Source: an uncultured Candidatus Saccharibacteria bacterium | GTDB lineage: Bacteria; Patescibacteriota; Minisyncoccia; Phycocordibacterales; UBA9973 | Length of the DNA: 64,000 nucleotides | Direction: 5' to 3' | Assembly (NCBI GenBank): GCA_964482735.1 | Contig: CAYZYV010000004.1 | Span: 65,737-129,736, forward strand | Shown: positions 57,233 to 64,000 of the stretch, piece by piece | Layout: the number at the start of each line of letters is the position of its first letter | Numbering within the stretch: position 1 is the first letter of the stretch | The notes under the pieces: generated by a model | Databases searched by the model: none | What the model was told of the DNA's origin: nothing | The model's input: the letters and a program-made list of their open reading frames with translations, nothing else | Translations under genes and position numbers: made by a program

Positions 57233-57715
57233 ATGAAAAAATTAAAAGCTAAAACAGATATTATAGTTCCTTTTGTTTTTGTTGGTGCGGTAGTGGTATT
57301 AGTAGTATTTTTGTTAATTAAAAACAATGCAAAGATTTCTACTCCTGTAACTATTCCCACTACATTAGATAACACAAAAGAAGAAACAAATAATATCGAA
57401 ACAAATAATATGCAAGAAAAAATTTCAAAAGAAGGAGATGTTTTAACAATGAATTACACAGGTCGCTTAGAGAATGGTACAGTTTTTGATTCAAATGTTT
57501 TACCACAGTTTGGACATGTTGAACCATTTGAATTTACTCTAGGGGCAGGACAAGTTATTGCTGGTTGGGACGAAGGACTAGTTGGGATGAAAATTGGTGA
57601 TAAAAAAACCTTAGTTATTCCTCCAGAAAAAGGTTATGGTAATAGAGAAATTGGGGGTGTAATTCCAGCCAATTCAACTCTTATTTTTGAGGTTGAACTT
57701 GTTGGTATAAAATAA
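57233..57715 (+). CDS. FKBP-type peptidyl-prolyl cis-trans isomerase (membrane-anchored)
   Basis: N-terminal TM helix and an FKBP domain, FDSNV...FEFTLGAGQVIAGWDEGLVGMKIGDKKTLVIPPEKGYG. Confidence 0.8.
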   Translation: MKKLKAKTDIIVPFVFVGAVVVLVVFLLIKNNAKISTPVTIPTTLDNTKEETNNIETNNMQEKISKEGDVLTMNYTGRLENGTVFDSNVLPQFGHVEPFEFTLGAGQVIAGWDEGLVGMKIGDKKTLVIPPEKGYGNREIGGVIPANSTLIFEVELVGIK

Positions 57716-57718
57716 TAT

Positions 57719-59260
57719 ATGACAAAATTTAAACTATTTTTACACAAAAATATAAAGCGAAAAAGATTTTGGATTATTGGTGCTGTTGTTTTGCTTGTTG
57801 TTATTCCAATTATTTTTAGACCAAGTAAGAATGTTCAAAACACAACTACCGATACAGTAAAACTAGTTGATCTTAAACAAACAATCTTGGCAACAGGACA
57901 GGTTGTTTCAAATACCGATATTGAACTATCTTTCCGTTCAAGCGGAACTGTTCGAGACATTAAAGTTAAGGTAGGAGATAAGGTAAAGAAGGGAGATATG
58001 ATAGCTAGCCTAGGTGGTGACACAGAGAAGGCTAGTTTAACAACAGCCAAAGGTGTTTTGCTCGCCGCTCAAGCTAGATACAAAAGAGTAATAGAAGGCG
58101 CTTCCAACGAAGAAATAAATCTTTCGAGAGTAGCTTTAGAGAATGCAAAAATAGAATTAGAAAATACAAAAAAATCTCAGGATATAATTTTACAAAATGC
58201 ATACCACAATTTATTAAATTCCACGCCTGAAGCAATTCCTTCTGATGGTGATGATGATTACACTGCCCCTACGATAAGTGGTAATTATTCTCTTGGTAAA
58301 GAGGGGGTTATTAAGCTTAAACTGTATTCAAGTGCTGGGGGTATTAGCTATGAAGCTTCTGGTTTAACTACAGGCACTGGTATCAGCAATACGATAACCG
58401 CTCAACCAGTAGGTAATTCTGGGTTGTTTATTAAGTTTCCAGAAAATTATGGTTTAGATGTAAAAGAATGGATTATCGAAATTCCAAACAAAAAAGCTTC
58501 TAATTATCTTACCAATTACAACGCATATCAAGCTGCTCTAAAATCAAAAGATAACGCTATTGCGAGTGCCGAAGCAATGGTTGCTCAAAGACAAGCAGAG
58601 TATAATTTGAAAATTGCAGGAGCTAGAGGAACAGATATAGACATGGCAAATGCCGAAGTTCTCCAGGCAGAAGGAAGTTATGAACAAGCTCTAGCGAAGT
58701 ATAACGATACTTTGATAACAGCCCCTGTTGATGGGACTATTACTAGTATTGATACAAAAATAGGGGAATTAGCAACTCCGAATAAGAGAGCTTTTCTTCT
58801 TGAAGATGTTTCTAATATGTATGTTGAAGCTTATATCAACGAAGCCAATGTCTCGATGCTTACATCTGGCCTTCCTGTAGATATTTCGTTTGATGCCTTC
58901 GGTACAGATAAAATTTGGAACGGAGCAATAACTTTTATTGATCCAAGTTTTAATCTTATCTCTGGTGTAGTTAATTACAAAGTTAAAGCAAGTATTCCTC
59001 TTGTAGAAGGTTTGAAGCCAGGCATGACAGCTAACATGACGATCAAGGCAGAAGAAAAAAACGGCGTTCTTGTTGTGCCAACCAGAGCAATCATTACAGA
59101 TAAAACAGGAGATAAAACTATTCGTCTAATAACCAATACAAAGAAAAAGAAATGGAAAGAAATTCCTATCGTAACAGGTATGGAAGGGGATGGAGGTATG
59201 ACGGAGATAACAAACGGACTTAACGAAGGAGATGAAATTGTTGTCCTAATTAAAAAATAA
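57719..59260 (+). CDS. HlyD/MacA-family periplasmic adaptor (membrane fusion) protein
   Basis: N-terminal TM helix, a coiled-coil hairpin and beta-barrel regions. It is the first gene of an ABC efflux operon. Confidence 0.7.
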   Translation: MTKFKLFLHKNIKRKRFWIIGAVVLLVVIPIIFRPSKNVQNTTTDTVKLVDLKQTILATGQVVSNTDIELSFRSSGTVRDIKVKVGDKVKKGDMIASLGGDTEKASLTTAKGVLLAAQARYKRVIEGASNEEINLSRVALENAKIELENTKKSQDIILQNAYHNLLNSTPEAIPSDGDDDYTAPTISGNYSLGKEGVIKLKLYSSAGGISYEASGLTTGTGISNTITAQPVGNSGLFIKFPENYGLDVKEWIIEIPNKKASNYLTNYNAYQAALKSKDNAIASAEAMVAQRQAEYNLKIAGARGTDIDMANAEVLQAEGSYEQALAKYNDTLITAPVDGTITSIDTKIGELATPNKRAFLLEDVSNMYVEAYINEANVSMLTSGLPVDISFDAFGTDKIWNGAITFIDPSFNLISGVVNYKVKASIPLVEGLKPGMTANMTIKAEEKNGVLVVPTRAIITDKTGDKTIRLITNTKKKKWKEIPIVTGMEGDGGMTEITNGLNEGDEIVVLIKK

Positions 59261-59261
59261 A

Positions 59262-59975
59262 ATGCTTATAGAGTTAAAAAATATTTTTAAAAGTTATGAT
59301 AACGGTGGCGTTGTCACTCGTGTTTTACACGGTATAAATCTAGAAGTAGAAGAAGGAGAATTTATCGCAATCATGGGACCATCTGGTTCCGGTAAATCAA
59401 CATTGATGCACATAATTGGTTTTCTAGATAGAGCAACAAAAGGAAAATATTTTTTTGACGGCCAAGACACTGCGCACTTAACTGACGATGAATTGGCTCA
59501 TATTAGAAATGAGCGTATTGGTTTTGTCTTCCAATCTTTTAATCTCTTACCCAGAACCACAGTTTTAGACAATGTTATTTTGCCTTTATTTTATAGTAAA
59601 ACAAAAACAGGTCTAGAAGCGAAAGCTAAAGAAGCTCTCAGAGCGGTTGATTTGGAAGATAGAATGCAACATTTGAGTAATCAAATTTCTGGAGGACAAA
59701 AGCAAAGAGTTGCGATAGCAAGAGCTCTGATCTGTGATCCGAAAGTAATTTTTGCCGATGAGCCGACTGGTAATTTGGATTCAAAAAGCGGAAGTACTGT
59801 TATGCACATTCTAGAAAAATTAAACGATGAAGGTCGTACAATTATTCTCGTGACTCATGATGAAGATGTTGCCATGCACGCAAAGAGAATAGTTACTATC
59901 CGTGACGGTGAAATTGTCAGTGATGAAAAAGTTCCAGAGAAAATGAGGGTGCACTCGAAAGTTTTGGAAGAATAA
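59262..59975 (+). CDS. ABC transporter ATP-binding protein (MacB/LolD type)
   Basis: Walker [10 protein letters not shown], signature [15 protein letters not shown], and Walker B IFADEPT. Confidence 0.85.
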   Translation: MLIELKNIFKSYDNGGVVTRVLHGINLEVEEGEFIAIMGPSGSGKSTLMHIIGFLDRATKGKYFFDGQDTAHLTDDELAHIRNERIGFVFQSFNLLPRTTVLDNVILPLFYSKTKTGLEAKAKEALRAVDLEDRMQHLSNQISGGQKQRVAIARALICDPKVIFADEPTGNLDSKSGSTVMHILEKLNDEGRTIILVTHDEDVAMHAKRIVTIRDGEIVSDEKVPEKMRVHSKVLEE

Positions 59976-59978
59976 AAT

Positions 59979-61241
59979 ATGAAAAATTTAATAAGAGATA
60001 TAAAACTTACAATAAAGGGCCTACTCACAAGAAAGGGGAGATCTTTTTTGACAATTCTCGGTATTATTATCGGGGTTGCAGGAGTGATAGTTATTATCTC
60101 TTTGGGAGCGGGTGCTCAGTCTCTAGTTGTTGGACAGATTAGTAAACTTGGTACGAATCTAGTTGGTGTTTTGCCAGGTAAGGGAAACGAAAAAGGTCCT
60201 CCCGCTTCTGTTTTTGGAGTTCAGATAAAAACACTTTCTTCCTATGATCTAGAATCAATTAAAAATAAAAATAACGTTCCTAATGCGACAGCCGTTGCCC
60301 CTTTTGTTCGTGGAAGTGTGACGATTGTTGCCGGTAAGGAGAGTGTAGATACCACGTTTAATGCCACTAGTGGAGAATACCCCCTAGTTCAAAGTGTGTC
60401 TCTCGAAGAAGGATATTTTTTTAGCGAGGAGGAGTCCCGCTCTGGATCAAATGTCATTGTTATTGGTTATGATATAGCAGAGGCCCTTTTCCCTGACGGC
60501 AAGTCTTTAGGAAAAGTTGTAAAACTAAAAATGAACAATGATTCAAACGGCGTACCTTTTCGTGTTGTTGGCGTTCAGAAAAAGATGGGGACTGTCGCTT
60601 TTGAAAACCAAGACGATTTAGTCTATGTTCCTTTTATCGTTGGACAAAGACAATTACTTGGTATTGATTACATTCAATTCATTCGCATCAAGGTAGATCA
60701 AGAAATAAATATAGATAAAACAATGGAAGATATCAGAAGAGTTATCAGAGAAAATCATCGAATCAAAGATCCGACCAACGATGATTTTGATGTTAGAAAC
60801 CTTTCCGAGGCACTCGAAATGATTACGAGTATTACGGATGTTCTAAGAGTGTTTCTAGGTTTGATGGCCGGAATATCTTTGATTGTTGGAGGTATTGGAA
60901 TTATGAATATAATGCTTGTGACAGTTTCTGAGAGAACGAGAGAAATAGGTCTTAGAAAAGCGATTGGGGCAACAAGTAAAAAAATAATGAATCAATTTCT
61001 CCTTGAAGCTATTGTGATTACTTCTCTCGGTGGCGTATTTGGAATTATTTTAGGTGTAATCATTTCATATTTAATAGCAGTTGGAGTACGCTTTGCCGGG
61101 TATGATTGGGAGTTTATAATTTCTCCTTTTGCTATTATTTTAGCTGTATCTGTCTCTGTCCTAACAGGTATTATCTTTGGACTTTATCCTGCTAGAAAAG
61201 CGTCAAAATTAGATCCTATAGAAGCTTTAAGATATGAATAA
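59979..61241 (+). CDS. ABC transporter permease, FtsX/MacB family
   Basis: N-terminal TM helix, a large periplasmic domain, and a C-terminal FtsX 3-TM bundle. Confidence 0.75.
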   Translation: MKNLIRDIKLTIKGLLTRKGRSFLTILGIIIGVAGVIVIISLGAGAQSLVVGQISKLGTNLVGVLPGKGNEKGPPASVFGVQIKTLSSYDLESIKNKNNVPNATAVAPFVRGSVTIVAGKESVDTTFNATSGEYPLVQSVSLEEGYFFSEEESRSGSNVIVIGYDIAEALFPDGKSLGKVVKLKMNNDSNGVPFRVVGVQKKMGTVAFENQDDLVYVPFIVGQRQLLGIDYIQFIRIKVDQEINIDKTMEDIRRVIRENHRIKDPTNDDFDVRNLSEALEMITSITDVLRVFLGLMAGISLIVGGIGIMNIMLVTVSERTREIGLRKAIGATSKKIMNQFLLEAIVITSLGGVFGIILGVIISYLIAVGVRFAGYDWEFIISPFAIILAVSVSVLTGIIFGLYPARKASKLDPIEALRYE

Positions 61242-62532
61242 CTTAAAAAAAATAAAAAATTCTATATTTGGAAATCCATACCTTCTCCAAGCTATACGAG
61301 GGGTTCGTTCTAGTGGATCGAGGACGATTCTAACTACGATAAGTATTATGATCGGAATAGGAACTGTGGTTTTTGTTCTCTCGGCCGGTGAGGGGTTTAA
61401 AAGTTATATCAATGCTCAAGTTGAAGCTTTTGGAACAAACACGATATTTATAGAAACCGCCGTGCCTTCTTCTACTAAAGCTCGTTCAGCTGGCGATTCT
61501 GAAAATTCTCAAGCGAACAATCAAGCAACTAATGCTGTTCAAATAACAAGTCTTAAATACAGAGATGTTGAAGATGTTAAAACTTTACCTAATGTAAAAA
61601 ATGGTTATGGGGTTGCAATGGCACAACAAATATCTTCTTACAAAGATGTCTCGAAAAATGCTTTTATTTTCGGCTCTGATTCTTCTCGTTTTGAAATAGA
61701 AAGTACTGTGATAGAGAATGGTAGACCATATACAAGAGAAGAAGATCGCTCGTTAGCCCAAGTTGCAATTTTAGGAAGTAAAATCGCCGAAGATTTTTTT
61801 GGGCTAGATGATCCAATTGGAAAATTTATTAGAATTGGAAGTTACAATTTTGAAGTTGTAGGTGTATATGAACCAAAGGGAAACGCAAGCTTCATGAATG
61901 AAGATGAACAGATCTATGTTCCACTTTCTACTCTTCAGAAAAAAATACTAGGCATTGATTATCTTTTTTATGCTGTTTTAGAACTAGAAGACAACAACAA
62001 GGATGATGTAACTGCTCTAGCTGTTGCTGACCTATTGAGGAATAATCACAATATTTCTGATCCGTTAAAAGATGATTTCAAGGTTACAACCCAGGAAGAA
62101 AATCTTGCAACTTTTGAAACTATTTTGTCTGTTATAAAACTTCTTCTGATTGCAATAGCCTCTATCTCTCTTATTGTCGGTGGGGTAGGAGTTATGAATA
62201 TAATGTATGTGGCAGTTACCGAGAGGGTTTCTGAAATTGGACTTAAAAAAGCAATAGGGGCTACAAATAAAAATATTCTTTATGAGTTTGTTACCGAGGC
62301 TATTATTCTGACATTGATAGGTGGAGTAGTAGGAGTTCTGTTCGGATCTATTTTAGGACTCGCTACTTCCGTCGTAGCCAACAATCTGGGATTAACTTGG
62401 AAATTTGTAGTTCCGGTTTCGGGAATTATCTCTTCTCTTTTGGTATCAATGTCTATAGGTCTAGTTTTTGGTGTCTTTCCAGCTAAAAACGCTTCAAAAT
62501 TGAACCCTATAGAAGCTTTAAACAAAGAGTAA
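61234..62532 (+). CDS. ABC transporter permease, FtsX/MacB family (second copy)
   Basis: Same architecture as the preceding gene, and the start overlaps it by 8 nt. Confidence 0.75.
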   Translation: MNNLKKIKNSIFGNPYLLQAIRGVRSSGSRTILTTISIMIGIGTVVFVLSAGEGFKSYINAQVEAFGTNTIFIETAVPSSTKARSAGDSENSQANNQATNAVQITSLKYRDVEDVKTLPNVKNGYGVAMAQQISSYKDVSKNAFIFGSDSSRFEIESTVIENGRPYTREEDRSLAQVAILGSKIAEDFFGLDDPIGKFIRIGSYNFEVVGVYEPKGNASFMNEDEQIYVPLSTLQKKILGIDYLFYAVLELEDNNKDDVTALAVADLLRNNHNISDPLKDDFKVTTQEENLATFETILSVIKLLLIAIASISLIVGGVGVMNIMYVAVTERVSEIGLKKAIGATNKNILYEFVTEAIILTLIGGVVGVLFGSILGLATSVVANNLGLTWKFVVPVSGIISSLLVSMSIGLVFGVFPAKNASKLNPIEALNKE

Positions 62533-62583
62533 AAGATCTCAAACACGACACAAATACACAAATGGGTGCGAATGACACGAATA

Positions 62584-62654
62584 AACAGCCGAGGTCTTTC
62601 CTCGTACGAGGTCGGACCTAGTACGAGGTCCGACCTCGGCTGTTATCCACAGGT
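62584..62654. repeat. Second copy of the GC-rich REP-like palindrome, with an internal expansion
   Basis: aacagccgaggtc-[tttcctcgtacgaggtcggacctagtacgaggtccgac]-ctcggctgttatccacagg. Confidence 0.6.
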
Positions 62655-62831
62655 GGTCCGAGAAAACTTGTTTTGGAGCATTAAAAACAGTAGGGCCTAG
62701 ATTTTTCTTGGTTTGACAATACCATATAAATATGCTATACTATATATAGTGTAAGTTCTTTACAAAGAAGGTATTAAATTGTTCTCACAGGTTCTTTTTA
62801 GAGGTTGTGAAAACAATTTAATACTGATGTT

Positions 62832-63455
62832 ATGGAAAGTTTTGTAGAAATTCAGAATTGGGGATTCAATGCTCTAATTCTTTCTGCCCTTATGACTGTG
62901 GTTTTTTCGATTTTTCAATGTTATGGTTTTGTGATGCAGGGCCGTAAGATATTTAAAGAAAAATCAGTAGAAGCAATTTCGCCAGCTATGTTCTTCTTGT
63001 TTCTTTTCTATTTTATAGCCTTTGCTTATTATGGAGTAGAAAAAAGGAGTTTGGCTATGACACTTAACGGATTGTTGTTTATTCCAGTAATTCCTATTGT
63101 TTTCGGAATCTTCAAGTTTAAAGACAAGATTGTATTTACAGATATAATTTTATTTGTCTTGACTATGATGATTGTTCCGGCAATGGTATTAATTGAAAAT
63201 AAAGATATTCTTTTGAGTTTATTGCTGGTGATTAATTTGGGAGCACTAGTGTCTCAACTATTGGCTATTATCAAAAACAAAGGAGCTGGAGCTGTGGAGA
63301 TAAAATTTATAATTATTTTCACGGTCACATCGTTTTTCTGGTTGATATATGCAATAGGTATACAGAATTATCCATTAATATGTTTCAATTCTGCAGCTCT
63401 TGTAGTGTATTTGATAATTATCTTGCTCTACAGAAAATATCTGCCGAAAAAATAG
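62832..63455 (+). CDS. Hypothetical polytopic membrane protein
   Basis: 207 aa with 6 predicted TM helices; terminator at 63461..63530. Confidence 0.45.
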   Translation: MESFVEIQNWGFNALILSALMTVVFSIFQCYGFVMQGRKIFKEKSVEAISPAMFFLFLFYFIAFAYYGVEKRSLAMTLNGLLFIPVIPIVFGIFKFKDKIVFTDIILFVLTMMIVPAMVLIENKDILLSLLLVINLGALVSQLLAIIKNKGAGAVEIKFIIIFTVTSFFWLIYAIGIQNYPLICFNSAALVVYLIIILLYRKYLPKK

Positions 63456-63560
63456 TAAAATCTTAGGAGGCTCTATAAACCATTGTGGTTTATAGAGCCT
63501 TTCTTGTTTTTTTTTGGGGGGTGTCTTCTTAAGAGGGAGGTTTTAGTGTATAATGGACCT

Positions 63561-64000
63561 ATGCAAGAATTATTAAAAGACAAAAAGGTTAGTATAACCA
63601 TTCTTATATTATTAGTAGTTTTGGGTTTGTTTTTATTCGTTCAATTTATAAACAGTATTAAAGCCAATCGATATATCGGCCGAGAATACAGTGTAAACAC
63701 TATTTATGTAACAGGGGAAGGGGAAGTAAGTGCTGTTTCAGATATTGCTACTTTGAATATCAATCTAAGTAAAGAAGCTGTCACTGCAAAAGAGGCTCAA
63801 AGTCTTCTAAATGAATCAATTACAAAAGTTCTTGATTATCTAAAAGAACAAAAGATTGCTGATGAAGATATCAAATCAGAGTACGGTGGAATTTCTCCTA
63901 AGTACACTTATGAGACGAAACCTTGCTATATATATCCTTGTCCTCCAAGAGAAGAAAAAATTGTTGGATATACAGCAAATCAATCTATCACAGTTAAAGT
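63561..64000 (+). CDS. SIMPL-domain (DUF541) protein, 3' end outside window
   Basis: N-terminal TM anchor followed by a SIMPL-like region, YVTGEGEVSAVSDIATLNINL. Confidence 0.6.
   Translation, partial: MQELLKDKKVSITILILLVVLGLFLFVQFINSIKANRYIGREYSVNTIYVTGEGEVSAVSDIATLNINLSKEAVTAKEAQSLLNESITKVLDYLKEQKIADEDIKSEYGGISPKYTYETKPCYIYPCPPREEKIVGYTANQSITVK

Noticed and set aside
1-64000. CRISPR array or cas genes
   Set aside because: No regularly spaced direct repeats of 24-40 nt with unique spacers were found. The repeats present are palindromes, tRNA fragments or gene-terminus duplications.

Overview
The window is an AT-rich, gene-dense bacterial chromosome segment whose gene content and style look like a Candidate Phyla Radiation (Patescibacteria-type) genome. 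This lineage call is inference from composition and gene repertoire only. Housekeeping genes are present throughout: tsaE (partial), polA, holA-like, fpg, ruvA, ruvX, rpsT, rplS, rpmB, rpsL-rpsG-fusA, nrdJ, tpiA-pgk, recJ, rnhA, comEC, a MacAB/FtsX efflux operon, and 7 intact tRNAs. They are interleaved with an unusually dense set of diversification and mobile features. (1) Two complete diversity-generating retroelements (DGRs), each with a reverse transcriptase, an Avd-like protein, and TR/VR repeats whose mismatches fall at TR adenines (19 of 19 in DGR2; all but one of about 17 in DGR1). One targets a type IV pilin-like protein with a C-terminal lectin/FGE-like tail, and two further pilin paralogs lack a TR here. 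(2) A small integrative element with a large serine integrase and att-like repeats at the 3' flank of tRNA-Ser. (3) HNH, LAGLIDADG and two mini GIY-YIG endonuclease genes, each sitting against a tRNA gene, with partial tRNA duplications and inverted repeats around them. (4) A family of ~95-nt hairpin insertion elements that sit exactly at gene termini (fpg start, fusA stop) and are flanked by 29-32 bp perfect duplications of that terminus. (5) Two inverted paralogous copies of a ~150-nt structured RNA-like locus with a covarying long-range helix and a tRNA-like 3' end. (6) GC-rich REP-like palindromes, 40-bp palindromes next to the pilin paralogs, a G11 tract between avd and RT in DGR1, and 45-nt direct repeats bracketing the whole DGR1 cassette. 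No rRNA and no CRISPR array were seen.
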